Shown here in pieces: positions 10,191 through 21,030 of a DNA stretch of 64,000 nucleotides. This DNA comes from a virus. The notes below the pieces were generated by a model that saw only the letters and a program-made list of their open reading frames with translations, had not been told where the DNA came from and did no database searches. Numbering within the stretch: position 1 is the first letter of the stretch; the number at the start of each line of letters is the position of its first letter. A program made the translations under genes and the position numbers. Location of the stretch: UHGV virus genome UHGV-0017507. The stretch is one strand, 5' to 3'.

Positions 10191-10590
10191 ATTTCTTCAA
10201 AACAGCGTTAAATGTTTCATTCTTCATCAAATCAGGAAGCTGAGACATAAATTTAAACCCAACTCTCTTCCAAGACTCAGTAAATTCAATAGCCTCATAA
10301 ATTTGATGTAAATTCAGCACATGGCCATTCACCTTACTAATAAGGCCACTTGTCAACAGCCCATCATGCCCAATCTCTTCTAACTTCTGTTTGCCAATGT
10401 TAGTAGCATGGAATAGCACTAGCATATCAATATTAGTTTGCCGCTCAGACCAGCTATCATCTTCTTGACTAGCCTTAATCACGGCATTAACAATCTGCTG
10501 AATCTGAGCATACGTTAAATATAAGTTAATATCAATATCAAATTCATCATCGTGATAAATTTTACCGACTTCAAGGTCCTTCATTTCCAT
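10168..10590 (-). CDS. Hypothetical protein.
   Basis: ORF only. Confidence 0.35.
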   Translation of the reverse strand: MEMKDLEVGKIYHDDEFDIDINLYLTYAQIQQIVNAVIKASQEDDSWSERQTNIDMLVLFHATNIGKQKLEEIGHDGLLTSGLISKVNGHVLNLHQIYEAIEFTESWKRVGFKFMSQLPDLMKNETFNAVLKKYGNTSKK

Positions 10591-10607
10591 TCATTCCTTT
10601 CATTCAA

Positions 10608-11009
10608 TCAAAACTTTACATATTGTGAAGCATACAAAACGCCCATTCCCAAAATAACTACAATCCATGGAAAATTATGCTTTAAATAGCCCCGAATATC
10701 AAACTTACCGGCCTCTTCTAAAGTTGTCACCTTAGATTCAACAGTGCTTAACTTATCAGCCGTAGCCTTGTTAGCCTTTTCAAAGTCTGCTTTCATTTCT
10801 TTCATTTCTTTGGCCTGATCGTCCATTTTGTCATTTAGTTTAACCATAGACAATTGAACATCTTGCATAGTCTTAGTTAACGTTTCATTACTTTTAACAC
10901 TACGTTCAATTAAATCTTGAAGAAATGGCCGTGTGCTTTCAAGCTGGGTAATTCTGTGGTCATGGTCATCTAATTTAGCATAAATTTTACTGGTATCGCC
11001 ATCTGCCAT
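10608..11009 (-). CDS. Coiled-coil protein with a C-terminal transmembrane anchor.
   Basis: Heptad-rich N-terminus. C-terminal hydrophobic helix NFPWIVVILGMGVLYASQYV. Confidence 0.35.
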   Translation of the reverse strand: MADGDTSKIYAKLDDHDHRITQLESTRPFLQDLIERSVKSNETLTKTMQDVQLSMVKLNDKMDDQAKEMKEMKADFEKANKATADKLSTVESKVTTLEEAGKFDIRGYLKHNFPWIVVILGMGVLYASQYVKF

Positions 11010-11018
11010 TGTACTCCC

Positions 11019-11315
11019 TCACTCTCTTAATTTATATTCGCCGGATTTCATTTTCCTAACACGGACATAAAGAGGTGTGTGGTCAAATGGATTCTTGACT
11101 TTAATAGTCATATCTGCATAATCAATATAAAGCCAGCCTTTTCGAGCATCTCTCACTCTACAATACCCTTGAGGTATTTCTATTTTCTGCTTAATTTTAC
11201 AATCTACAGGCATATTAGCTGACGACTTGAATCCTTGTATTTTTTCACAAAAATAAACATAAGGACAAGTTGATTGTGTAACTCTACATTGATTACCACT
11301 TACATATTCACACAT
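11019..11315 (-). CDS. Small Cys-rich protein.
   Basis: Eight Cys in 98 aa, suggesting a Zn-binding protein. Confidence 0.35.
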   Translation of the reverse strand: MCEYVSGNQCRVTQSTCPYVYFCEKIQGFKSSANMPVDCKIKQKIEIPQGYCRVRDARKGWLYIDYADMTIKVKNPFDHTPLYVRVRKMKSGEYKLRE

Positions 11316-11379
11316 TTCTTACTCCTTAAAAAAATAGGGAGGGAGGTTATTCACCAACCCTCCCAAAAGAAAGATTAAA

Positions 11380-12444
11380 TTAAGCAGTAACAGTTACAGT
11401 AGCAAAGGCGGGGGGCACGTTAGAAGAACCCTTTAGAGTAACCTCAATAACAGCCGCACCATCAACAGTGCCAGCAGACACAACGCCATCAGCGCTTACA
11501 GTAACACCAGTAGCAGTGGCAGTGGGGTCATTCACCTTGGTAAAGTTGAAATTGCTGTTGTCCTTACGCTGAGAAGCCATGCCCTTGCCATAAACAGCGC
11601 GAACAATTAGAGTCTCGCTAGCGTTCTGATTGAGATCCATATCACTATTTTCAATGGCCAGTGCCACAACATCGTCCTGCCACTTAGCACCATAGATTTC
11701 CTCAGTCATAGTGCCATAGTAGGGGTCTTCCTCGCAAGTATTACCATCAAGCACGGCCAGCGCCATACCAGTCAGGTTAATAGTTGCAGCAGAAGTAGCG
11801 GTCAGAGACAGGTTTTGGTTACCCTCAAGCTGGAACTGAGGAATATCAACAATCAGACGGCCATAACGAGTAGCATCAGTCTGAGAACCAACCTTGCCAC
11901 TATACAGGTCGGTCATAACAACCACGTGTAGAGTAGCGGGGACATACTGAGACTTAATAGTAATACTCTTAGCGTTCTCGTTCTGATAGAAATACTTGAC
12001 ACAATAAGCCTGCCCTTCAGTAGCGCCAGAAATGGTCATGGTTTTGCCACTAATAGTACCAATCTGCCAATCCTCATCAGAGGGTTTCTTGTACCAACCA
12101 ATCATAGTACCGTCAAAAGCAACAGGAGTCTCGGTGACAGTAACAGCACCAGTAGTAGCAGTCAATTCTTCTTCCTTAACAGACAGGCCACCAGACTCAA
12201 TGTTCACGCCCAGAGACAGTGCCATGTAGTTCAGGTCGAACATTGCATCAGTCAGAGTTGCGGTTAGAGTAGAGTCATGGAAATAACGACCAAGTAGGCC
12301 ATTACCCTGACCACCACGAATATCTTCCGCAGTAATGGCAAAGTCAAAGGTACTCTCAGTTAGAGTCTTAGCATAACCAATTAGGTCATCGCCCTTAAAC
12401 AGTAGAGCCGTACCCACACCAGCCAGAAAATGATTCTGTACCAT
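11380..12444 (-). CDS. Candidate major tail protein with a C-terminal Ig-like (Big_2-type) domain.
   Basis: 354 aa, GC-rich codons like the capsid gene. C-terminal TVSADGVVSAGTVDGAAVIEVTLKG is Ig-like. Position is upstream of the tape measure. Confidence 0.4.
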   Translation of the reverse strand: MVQNHFLAGVGTALLFKGDDLIGYAKTLTESTFDFAITAEDIRGGQGNGLLGRYFHDSTLTATLTDAMFDLNYMALSLGVNIESGGLSVKEEELTATTGAVTVTETPVAFDGTMIGWYKKPSDEDWQIGTISGKTMTISGATEGQAYCVKYFYQNENAKSITIKSQYVPATLHVVVMTDLYSGKVGSQTDATRYGRLIVDIPQFQLEGNQNLSLTATSAATINLTGMALAVLDGNTCEEDPYYGTMTEEIYGAKWQDDVVALAIENSDMDLNQNASETLIVRAVYGKGMASQRKDNSNFNFTKVNDPTATATGVTVSADGVVSAGTVDGAAVIEVTLKGSSNVPPAFATVTVTA

Positions 12445-12457
12445 ATAAGTTTCCTCC

Positions 12458-13315
12458 TTATTTATTTACAAAATTATTTAATTGCTGAGACAACACGTCT
12501 CCTCTTTCTGTGTTTGAAACAGTTTTTATAGCGTTTGCGTCACTACCCATAGATTGAGCATAACTGTCAGCATCAGTCATATAACCATCATACTTATCTT
12601 TCTTCTTCTTATAAATCCAATGGTCAATTTCATTGCCTTTACCAGAGTACAACAAAAAAGGTCGAGTTGTTTCAAACTCAACTTCACCATAAACTTCTTC
12701 AAACAACAGACTGTGACTTCTATAAGTCATATTCATTTGTTCTTGTTTACTTATCCCACAATGTGCTGTGATAATGGCCATCTTACGTTCAATAGAAGGT
12801 GACTCAATGCCAGCGTTTTTAACAGCATCAACTTCAGCCATCATCTTTTTAATCTCAGGATTGATATATTCATCATCATAATGTATTAAGTTCTGATACA
12901 TAATAATTCTACGAATATTATCAAAATCCTTTGGCCCAATCAAAATGTCATTATCTATATTCAAAAATGCTTTACCCTTATCATCAAAACCAATGCGCGG
13001 TTCTTCTATATGTAAGCAATATTTAAGAATATTTACAAATTTACTTATATTAATTTCATCTTGAAACAATACATTGTAAATGAATGCCAAATACGACATT
13101 TGAATGATTTCTACAGAATCAGAGGTATTTTTATCAATACTTATAACAGACATACTTGATAAAAAAATTTCACTGTCTCTCACAGTGATAGGATAAATAT
13201 ATAGAACTTTATCTTTTATTGCATATTCAACAGGTGTGTCAAAATAAAAATAGGCTTTACGATACAAGTCTAAATTAAGATTCGCACCCATACTCCTCAC
13301 CTGTGTCACCAACAT
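12458..13315 (-). CDS. Hypothetical protein from an AT-rich accessory gene.
   Basis: ORF only. Lower GC than the flanking structural genes. Confidence 0.35.
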   Translation of the reverse strand: MLVTQVRSMGANLNLDLYRKAYFYFDTPVEYAIKDKVLYIYPITVRDSEIFLSSMSVISIDKNTSDSVEIIQMSYLAFIYNVLFQDEINISKFVNILKYCLHIEEPRIGFDDKGKAFLNIDNDILIGPKDFDNIRRIIMYQNLIHYDDEYINPEIKKMMAEVDAVKNAGIESPSIERKMAIITAHCGISKQEQMNMTYRSHSLLFEEVYGEVEFETTRPFLLYSGKGNEIDHWIYKKKKDKYDGYMTDADSYAQSMGSDANAIKTVSNTERGDVLSQQLNNFVNK

Positions 13316-13841
13316 TAACAGCTAGAAATAGCTGAACACCCGTGAACGTTTTAGAGTTACCAATAGTAACACGACCCAGAGCATATCTTGACATATCGTC
13401 ATAGAATGTCAATTTACCAACACCGCCAACTTCAGCACCATTAAGCACAGTTAAAGCCCGGTTGATAAATAAATCACCCCTATTAACAGGAGTACCATTA
13501 TATTCAACCAAACTCATTTGGCCACCATAAAGGAAGTCAAACGCAAACACTACTGTACTACTATATAGCTCTTTAGCGTGAATATAATAGTCATAAATCT
13601 TTAAGATGCACTTGCTTTCACAAATTGCATCTTCAACCAGCGGAGTAAAAAACACCCCAAATTTCTCTTGAGGTCCAAACTTCCAAATAAGCTCTAATTT
13701 CTCATCAAAACTCAAGTCAGGTTTAGACAGAGCATCATAACTATTATATTTTAGTAACTTCCAGACAATTTCATCTTGACGGGCAAGATAAACAAGTATA
13801 TTATATGGAATATAAGGTAAAGCCGACATTGAATTATACAT
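13275..13841 (-). CDS. Hypothetical protein.
   Basis: ORF that overlaps its downstream neighbour by 41 nt. Confidence 0.35.
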   Translation of the reverse strand: MYNSMSALPYIPYNILVYLARQDEIVWKLLKYNSYDALSKPDLSFDEKLELIWKFGPQEKFGVFFTPLVEDAICESKCILKIYDYYIHAKELYSSTVVFAFDFLYGGQMSLVEYNGTPVNRGDLFINRALTVLNGAEVGGVGKLTFYDDMSRYALGRVTIGNSKTFTGVQLFLAVNVGDTGEEYGCES

Positions 13842-13851
13842 ACTTACCTCC

Positions 13852-15132
13852 TTATCCCATCATACTTACAGCTTGAATGTCAAACTGTTGCGTCTTGTTA
13901 ATAGCATAGGTCTTATCAACAACAATGACTGTCATGGTTAGCGGTTTAGGGCTTCGTTTATTACAAGTCAAAGCCCAGCCAGAAGTTGTCCGCTTGACAG
14001 ACAAATATTCTCTGGCCTCGCTGTCCAAACTCACCATAGCCCCAGTTGTTGCGAGTACGTTGCCCCCTATGCCTATCTTAACATCGAACTCAATCGTTTG
14101 ATATTCCCTGATTGTGTCAAAGGCTGGGTCAAGATAAATCTTAGGCTCTACAGATTGTTGGCCGATGGTAATAATAATACTATTGCTGACCTTATCATTG
14201 CCGTCTAAAGTAGCAATAATATCGGCGCTTTGGTCAACTTCGCCGACAACAGTATAATTACCGTTCTGGTCAACAGTAACAATATCAGAGTTACTTGTAC
14301 TCCATACAATTGCTTTATCGACTTCTTTACCATTTAACATGACATCAGCAGTCAGCATACCAGTTGACCCCACGCCCAATGTCATGTCAGTAGAGTTGAT
14401 TTTAACCTCATAGGTATATTCCCCGTTATCGGCCACACCATTCTCTAAATCATCGCCATCATGAATCTCATCAAGGTATAGATCAAGATACAGCAACGTA
14501 TCATAATCAGTGCTAAGATTCAAATTTAAGGCGTTTTGATAGCCATATAGCTTAAATGGACGGCCACCAAGAATATATCTTGTATTAGTCTTAAACAACC
14601 GCAGAGTATCAACATTGCCTTGAACCATAACAACCGCATGGTTATTAGGTGTAATGATATATCTAGACACTTGTGCTGAAGGACTAGACATATCGTATTC
14701 AACAACACAAGGAGCGCTAAAAATAGCTCCATTCTCTGGGTCAATGATTTTTAAAAAATTGTTGCAACGTCTAAGACCGCAATCTTGAGCGATACCATTA
14801 AAGTGACCAAATTCATTACAAATCCACCAAGAATTATAAAACTGATAATACAACCCACGAGGAACCACATGGTCAATATCACGAAAATAAATCTTGAGAA
14901 AATCGCCCGAATCCCTCATGCCAGTAGTCACATCACCGACAGTTGTCTTAACCCATGCGTCAATAATCTTATATTCATCAGACCCAATCCCGGCCTGTTC
15001 TTTGATTTCTCCACCATTTTCAGGCGTTTTAGCGGCAGTATTATCCCAAGATTGGTTTATAAAAGCTTGCGCTAAATCACGATAATAATCATTAGGAGTA
15101 CTGCCAGCAAAACTATTATACTCTAACGTCAT
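13852..15132 (-). CDS. Structural protein carrying an Ig-like (Big_2) domain.
   Basis: Segment LTADVMLNGKEVDKAIVWSTSNSDIVTVDQNGNYTVVGE is Big_2-like. Lies in the head-tail block. Confidence 0.4.
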   Translation of the reverse strand: MTLEYNSFAGSTPNDYYRDLAQAFINQSWDNTAAKTPENGGEIKEQAGIGSDEYKIIDAWVKTTVGDVTTGMRDSGDFLKIYFRDIDHVVPRGLYYQFYNSWWICNEFGHFNGIAQDCGLRRCNNFLKIIDPENGAIFSAPCVVEYDMSSPSAQVSRYIITPNNHAVVMVQGNVDTLRLFKTNTRYILGGRPFKLYGYQNALNLNLSTDYDTLLYLDLYLDEIHDGDDLENGVADNGEYTYEVKINSTDMTLGVGSTGMLTADVMLNGKEVDKAIVWSTSNSDIVTVDQNGNYTVVGEVDQSADIIATLDGNDKVSNSIIITIGQQSVEPKIYLDPAFDTIREYQTIEFDVKIGIGGNVLATTGAMVSLDSEAREYLSVKRTTSGWALTCNKRSPKPLTMTVIVVDKTYAINKTQQFDIQAVSMMG

Positions 15133-15394
15133 GCGTACAGTCCTCCTTTTCGATTAAGCTTATCATATGAAGCACAACACGACGCACATCTTTTTGCTTA
15201 ACGTTACCTTGTAAATGAATTAATCCTTTAATAGATTCACAAATCTCATCATTGCCCCAGCCCAAGCATCGAATATAGGCTCGGCTAAGATAAGATAAAT
15301 AACATTGTAAAGCATATTCATCTTGACCGTTTTGCGTGGCTTCAAACAAAGGCAAGATTTTATAAATCCCATCTATTCGTCTATTCTGACTCAT
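15116..15394 (-). CDS. Hypothetical protein.
   Basis: ORF only. Confidence 0.3.
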   Translation of the reverse strand: MSQNRRIDGIYKILPLFEATQNGQDEYALQCYLSYLSRAYIRCLGWGNDEICESIKGLIHLQGNVKQKDVRRVVLHMISLIEKEDCTHDVRV

Positions 15395-15406
15395 ATTCTC
15401 ACCGCC

Positions 15407-15838
15407 TTAAAAATCGTAAGAATCAAGGTCAAGTAATAGATATTCTTGGGTTGCCCTATCAACTTCTTCTCTCAGTTTGTCAATAATGTTTTGCTTCTCT
15501 TTAAAATTTTGAGATTCACTATTATAAGAGTATTGGTTTTTAATGCCTAGTTTCAAAGCGATTTGAGCAGCATTGTTATTCTCTCTTTCCCACCACGCTA
15601 TAATCCAATAACGCGATAGAATAAAAATCTCAAGGTTGGTTAAATCAGAATCAAAACTACGTTCTTCAACACTATATGATAAAGGTTGCCTACATTCAAC
15701 AAATTGAGGAAGAGTAGTAAAAAGAAGGCCATCACAAAATTTTTGAAAAGCATTATAATCCTTTTCATATAAAGCGCCTAATTTATAATCTTCGATTACA
15801 TTTAGGGCCAACGTTTCGATTTGGTCAAAACTTGTCAA
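15407..15838 (-). CDS. Hypothetical protein, possibly a head-tail connector.
   Basis: ORF only. The connector suggestion rests on position alone. Confidence 0.3.
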   Translation of the reverse strand: MTSFDQIETLALNVIEDYKLGALYEKDYNAFQKFCDGLLFTTLPQFVECRQPLSYSVEERSFDSDLTNLEIFILSRYWIIAWWERENNNAAQIALKLGIKNQYSYNSESQNFKEKQNIIDKLREEVDRATQEYLLLDLDSYDF

Positions 15839-15851
15839 TTAACATCACCCC

Positions 15852-16514
15852 TTATTCCTCTTCTTCAGGTGTAATGCTCATTAAATCCTTTCCACACAGC
15901 TTACCAATCTCTACCACAATATTAGCATCAATAGGCATACCATTTAACTTACGATTCACAACCATATCCACGATAATTTCTCTCTGGGCCATAGAAGCTT
16001 GTTTATAAATCTCACAAACATCATTGGCGTTTTGCTGTAGAAGCTCCTTCAGCTGTTTGTCACTTAGAATCTCCTCATAAACACCGCTAAGGTCGTTTTT
16101 ATTCACAAAGTCTTTATCAGCAATATACACCATACCACTTGCAATAGTATTAGGCATATTAGATAGAATAGCTCTAGCCTCAGATTCAGGAATCATCTTG
16201 TAACCAAACTGCTTGTCAATATGGTACATACGATTACCCTTGAGAGTCAGACCACCAGGCACAAGGCTAATAAACTTAATGCCACGAGTGGCTTTTTCTT
16301 CTAGATTAACGGGATTAGTTGCCGCTTGAGCCTGCATCATGACCTTAATCTGAGCCATAAGGTTAGCCATCTGCTGTTCTTGCTCAGCAATTTTAGCCTT
16401 TAGGGCCTCATTCTCTTCAGTTGTTGCAGACATATTATTAGAAGTCTCTACTGCCTCTGCTTCCTCAGTAGTAGTTTTAGATTTCTTAGTATAAGCCATT
16501 TTATTATTCTCCAT
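15852..16514 (-). CDS. Hypothetical head-associated protein.
   Basis: ORF with an acidic N-terminus, downstream of the capsid gene. Confidence 0.35.
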   Translation of the reverse strand: MENNKMAYTKKSKTTTEEAEAVETSNNMSATTEENEALKAKIAEQEQQMANLMAQIKVMMQAQAATNPVNLEEKATRGIKFISLVPGGLTLKGNRMYHIDKQFGYKMIPESEARAILSNMPNTIASGMVYIADKDFVNKNDLSGVYEEILSDKQLKELLQQNANDVCEIYKQASMAQREIIVDMVVNRKLNGMPIDANIVVEIGKLCGKDLMSITPEEEE

Positions 16515-16548
16515 TCATTCCATTTAATTCATTTTATAAAAGATGTTT

Positions 16549-17238
16549 TTATGCAACATAGCGCCACACGTATCCACCACAAGATGGTGTTTTACCACGA
16601 CAACACATAGACACTTGTGTTTTTGTTCGTCCAACAGAATCAGCGGCCTTCGTTACAGTTTCAAAAATTCTAACAAATTCGCCATCTTTAGTATACTGCG
16701 CTACCGGAACCTTACTATTATGTTTATAAGGAGGTACTTTTTCTTCTTTTGTATAACTCCAAATAAAACCACCACAAGACTTGCGGCGATGAGTACAGCA
16801 ATTTGTTATACCAGAAGCACAAGCCTTTGTTTTATTTGATGCTTCTTCAATAGAATTAAAACACCTTATATATTCTCCTTCAAGAGAATACTGATATACT
16901 TGCACACCAGTACCGCTCTGTCCATCTCCGCCTCTGGTCATATTATAACCCCAACCACAGTGGTCTCCATTAAAAGTGTTAAACTTAGCAATATAAAAAA
17001 TTTCTTTATCGTCAAGTTCACTTTCAGAACAGCACTCCACTATTTCCCAGTCGAAGTTATCTTTTCCATATTTTCTTAATGCACACGCTAAAGCATATTG
17101 GAATTTTGACTTATTTGTATTATTCAAGTGTCGCAGCCAACGATATTTTATATCTGTTGACTTACCAATATAGGCTTTTCCATTGATTCTATTAGTTATT
17201 TTATAAATACCACAAATAGGATTTTTACTATGTTTCAT
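16549..17238 (-). CDS. GIY-YIG homing endonuclease with two NUMOD1-like DNA-binding modules.
   Basis: GIYKITNRINGKAYIGKSTDIKYR is a GIY-x10-YIG motif. The C-terminus has two copies of ...NCC...R.K..CGG(F/Y)xWxY. The gene is inserted between the capsid and head genes. Confidence 0.75.
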   Translation of the reverse strand: MKHSKNPICGIYKITNRINGKAYIGKSTDIKYRWLRHLNNTNKSKFQYALACALRKYGKDNFDWEIVECCSESELDDKEIFYIAKFNTFNGDHCGWGYNMTRGGDGQSGTGVQVYQYSLEGEYIRCFNSIEEASNKTKACASGITNCCTHRRKSCGGFIWSYTKEEKVPPYKHNSKVPVAQYTKDGEFVRIFETVTKAADSVGRTKTQVSMCCRGKTPSCGGYVWRYVA

Positions 17239-17358
17239 AATACATCTCTCCTGTCAAAGATTTGTATTTAATGGGCGCATAATCGCCCCATGCAATGACA
17301 GTTGCATAGAAGGGTAGCGAACCCAATAACTATTATGCGCCCACAACAAATTTAGAAA

Positions 17359-18456
17359 TTATTCAGTAATTTCGTAACGGCCAACATATGCCGCCCCCAC
17401 GAACTCTGCGGAGTAAGATTTGCGTAGAGTGAAGTTCTGGCTAATATCAGCGTTGTCATAGAACTGATTGCTATTGGTTAGAGTGGTACTCATAGCCATA
17501 ACAACAGGCTTAGCAACAGCAGCAGACACAACATACAGGGTGTTGTCATCCAGAGCCATGCCAAAGTCAGCAGAACCAGTAGGGGCCTGGGGTAGCTCAT
17601 AGATACCGAAACCATAGAAGTCCTTCACATAAGAGATAACAGGGTCACGACCATCAATGACCAGACGGCCACCCAGAGTGCTGTCAGGTAGAACGTTCAT
17701 TAGAGCAGCAGCAGTACCCATGATGACAGGCTTGGCCATCATATTATAAGCCTGAACACGCTGAGCCAGCTGAACCAGCTTCTTACCATCAAATGCGCCA
17801 GTTTCCTTAAACTGAGTGGGATAGGTGCCAGCGGCCAGACCAGCGTTCAGAGAAGCAATGATCTCAGCGTTCATGTCAAGCTCAATGGAGATGATAATAG
17901 CACGAACGGCCTCGGCCAGGTCATCCTTACCAGCCAGAACACGAGCCATGTCAACATAAGTGGTAATAATATGCTCAACGGGGCTGATTTCAACGTTGCC
18001 AGCATACTTCTTCTGACGGAAAGAGGTACGCTCACCACGAGCGCCACGAGACACAGTATACAGAGTCTTGGGAGGAATCTTCAGATTCACGACATCAGCA
18101 TAGCCAACAGTACGGAAGTCCACGAAGGGAGCAAAGGTAGCCTGAACATAAGCAGGCAGAACCACGTTGATAGTGGCGTTAATCAGAGCAAAGTTGGCAT
18201 AGCGTAGCATGGGGTTGGCCAGAGCCACATCCATGTTGTTCTTGTCAATCTTCTGCCCAGAGATGCGCTCAAGCTCAGCGAAATAAGCCTCACGAATCAG
18301 AGGAGCCTTCTCAGCAATGGTACGAGACTTATCATAAGAACCCATGTTCTGGCCCCACTCTTCAGCGGCCTTGTGATTATGATAGTCAGCAAAAGCAGTA
18401 TAGAAAGTGGTATCGCCCTTGGCAAAAGCCACTACTTCATTAGGCATAACAGACAT
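17359..18456 (-). CDS. Major capsid protein (HK97-like).
   Basis: 365 aa. Position is protease/scaffold, then a small protein, then this ORF. GC-rich codons fit high expression. Size is typical of an HK97-fold capsid protein. Confidence 0.55.
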   Translation of the reverse strand: MSVMPNEVVAFAKGDTTFYTAFADYHNHKAAEEWGQNMGSYDKSRTIAEKAPLIREAYFAELERISGQKIDKNNMDVALANPMLRYANFALINATINVVLPAYVQATFAPFVDFRTVGYADVVNLKIPPKTLYTVSRGARGERTSFRQKKYAGNVEISPVEHIITTYVDMARVLAGKDDLAEAVRAIIISIELDMNAEIIASLNAGLAAGTYPTQFKETGAFDGKKLVQLAQRVQAYNMMAKPVIMGTAAALMNVLPDSTLGGRLVIDGRDPVISYVKDFYGFGIYELPQAPTGSADFGMALDDNTLYVVSAAVAKPVVMAMSTTLTNSNQFYDNADISQNFTLRKSYSAEFVGAAYVGRYEITE

Positions 18457-18508
18457 ATTTATAATCTCCTTTATATTTATTTTAATAAATTTTAGTCTAC
18501 TATTAAGA

Positions 18509-19006
18509 TTAGACCAGCTTCATTAGTACCCAAGTCTTAATGAACTCGCCGCCAATGTCCATGGTACGAGCACCAAGAATCTGGAAATGAGCATCAGCAG
18601 AAGTGTTTTGTGCCTGAGCAGTTAGCTTACCGGTAGCGACAACCTTAGCAAAGCCTTCGGTGGTGGGTTCGGTAGTGAAAGCACCAGCAGAAACCTCAAT
18701 GCAGTCGCCCTTCAGTAGACGCTTAATAGAGATGGGCTTGCCAATCTCGTTAGTAAAATAGCGGGGGTCATCATAGACCTGAGCGTCCACATTGTAGCCC
18801 TGGGGAGGAGTACCAGCAACCAGTTCAGGATTGGCACCAGCAGTAACAGTGAACTCATAAGCACCATCAGAATTGGGAGACATAGCGCCCAGATTCAGGA
18901 AAGTGCCGTTATCAATTTCGGTAGTAGCGATGCCAACGAGATTCAGGCTGTCAACATCCCAATATGCTGCATGAGTGCCGTTAAACACGGTATGATTCTT
19001 AGCCAT
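18509..19006 (-). CDS. Capsid-associated protein, possibly decoration or scaffold-like.
   Basis: 165 aa with GC-rich codons, immediately upstream of the capsid gene. Confidence 0.3.
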   Translation of the reverse strand: MAKNHTVFNGTHAAYWDVDSLNLVGIATTEIDNGTFLNLGAMSPNSDGAYEFTVTAGANPELVAGTPPQGYNVDAQVYDDPRYFTNEIGKPISIKRLLKGDCIEVSAGAFTTEPTTEGFAKVVATGKLTAQAQNTSADAHFQILGARTMDIGGEFIKTWVLMKLV

Positions 19007-19077
19007 AATTAAATTTCTCCTTTATAACAATAATTTTTTTAGTTCGGTGGAGGATAATTATTCCTCAAACCAGAATA

Positions 19078-20823
19078 TTACTTGTTTTCAAGTTTTTCCC
19101 AAATACTGTTGGGGTCAGAATGTTTGATGACCTTGGGCATAGCAAAACTAAACACACCCTTATCATCTTTCTTAATAGTTTTCTTTACCTCGCTAAAGCA
19201 AGTGGCCTTAACCTTGTTACTCCAAGCATCAATATTACTCTCATCACAAGTTAGACCCTCAGCCTTAAACTCAGCAAACTGCGTGTCATTGATATAGCTA
19301 CGGACTTCCTCCATAACAGTATCAACACGACAGGCCATTTCCTTAGCAACTACAGCGGCCTTATAAGCCCGTAGTTCTTCAAGCTCAGTGTCCTTGTCCA
19401 TGATGATATGGTCACGTTCCTCAACGCTCTTTTCAAGCTCGGCAATCTTGGCCATCATCTCGTCCTCAGACATCTTAATGGGTTCCTCTTTAGGCTCGTC
19501 CTCGTCCTCATCATCCTTGTCATCAGACTCATCATCTTTATCCTTTGGGTCAGCGAACTTGGTATACTGTTCAACATTTTCAGGTTCAGCAAACTTCTTA
19601 ATGTTATCAGTTTCAGTAAACTCTTGCTTTACCTCTGCCAATTCATCAGAAATAGTCATGCCTTCCTCCGTCAAGCTAAAGTCAAGACGGTATAGTTTCT
19701 GGTCACGGTCGATAAGAATAGCAAACTTCTGATTATCCTCTTCATAAATGCTCTGAATACAATAGTCCCAAGCATCATGCTCATGGATAGCAGCATAAAC
19801 ACGTCCCCACAGGTCGCCAATGTTTACAGCGCTAAATTCAATCTCAGCCATCTTTTCCTCCTTTCCACCTTCATTGTCATCCAAATCAAGTTTCTTATAA
19901 ATCTTTTCAATTTTATTTACAACGGTAGTCTCATTCTCTTTCTTGGCATAACCAAGAGCAGAGGCAAGGCCGTCCCGGTTGTATACAAAAGTGTCACCTT
20001 TAAGTTCCATAACTGGATACTTTAGATGTTCAGAGGGAGCTTCTTCCCAACCATCTTCGACAAGCATATAGACGGCCTTAACAAGAGTAGCCTTGTTGCT
20101 GGCCTCCATAATCTTATCTCTCATGGTCGTTTTATCCACTTCGCCCCATGCCTTATCAGACATAGCCTCTTTGGATTTATCAATCTTATAAGTCTTAGCC
20201 ATACTTTCAATACGCTCCTTGGCAAACTTTTTCAAAGGGGTGAGATTATGTTCATTCATTTTGTTAAAATAAGCATCTGCTTCCTCTTGAGAGAAGCGAA
20301 TAAACGTAACGTCAGATTCAGGGCACGAGGGAGCTACCGTCTTGCCAAGAGTGGTCACAGCTGTAATAGAGAAAGATAAAACCTTATCATTCAAATCATC
20401 ACCATTCTCAGTCTCAACCCTCATCTCCACCGACACAGCCCGCTCATTATCGTCTACAAACATATCACAATATTTCTTTGCATACATTTTAGAGATAACA
20501 GCCGTTGCATAAGCCCTCAAATAACCATCATCATCTTCCACAAACTCAATTTCTTGCTCTTTGGGAAAAATACCCATGATTTGTTCGTCAGGCTCGTGCG
20601 TAGTCGCATCAGTACCAAGCCAATTCATCTTAGCTACCATCCATTTGCCCAATACCGTGCTTGCGCATTCTCTCAACACATCTTCAGAAATCTCAAGCCC
20701 ATGACTATTTGGCCTTGTGCTTAAAAATCCAACCTTGGCGATAGCAAACTCTTTTTCATCATAATCGTCAAACTGGATTTGCTGAATAGTATCAACAGCA
20801 AAGTTAATAAGTTTTTCCAACAT
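19078..20823 (-). CDS. Prohead protease-like N-terminal domain fused to an acidic scaffold-like C-terminus.
   Basis: NSHGLEISEDVL resembles the HK97-family protease motif DxHGDxI. C-terminal acidic coiled coil DDESDDKDDEDEDEPKEE. Lies between the portal and capsid genes. Confidence 0.4.
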   Translation of the reverse strand: MLEKLINFAVDTIQQIQFDDYDEKEFAIAKVGFLSTRPNSHGLEISEDVLRECASTVLGKWMVAKMNWLGTDATTHEPDEQIMGIFPKEQEIEFVEDDDGYLRAYATAVISKMYAKKYCDMFVDDNERAVSVEMRVETENGDDLNDKVLSFSITAVTTLGKTVAPSCPESDVTFIRFSQEEADAYFNKMNEHNLTPLKKFAKERIESMAKTYKIDKSKEAMSDKAWGEVDKTTMRDKIMEASNKATLVKAVYMLVEDGWEEAPSEHLKYPVMELKGDTFVYNRDGLASALGYAKKENETTVVNKIEKIYKKLDLDDNEGGKEEKMAEIEFSAVNIGDLWGRVYAAIHEHDAWDYCIQSIYEEDNQKFAILIDRDQKLYRLDFSLTEEGMTISDELAEVKQEFTETDNIKKFAEPENVEQYTKFADPKDKDDESDDKDDEDEDEPKEEPIKMSEDEMMAKIAELEKSVEERDHIIMDKDTELEELRAYKAAVVAKEMACRVDTVMEEVRSYINDTQFAEFKAEGLTCDESNIDAWSNKVKATCFSEVKKTIKKDDKGVFSFAMPKVIKHSDPNSIWEKLENK

Positions 20824-21030
20824 CTCACCTCACTTCTTTAATAAAATTATATCAAGACTCGACAACGCCAAGTCTTTTTAACACTTTGTCTAATTTATGG
20901 GACTTCTTAAAATATACCGCCCCATTATCAATATAAGAGGGCTTCACCCCAGCTTGATGAATAGCAAACGCCAAGTCTTCATCAGCCATAAAATACTTAT
21001 TCAGGTCAGATGGTGTATCTCTAATAACCA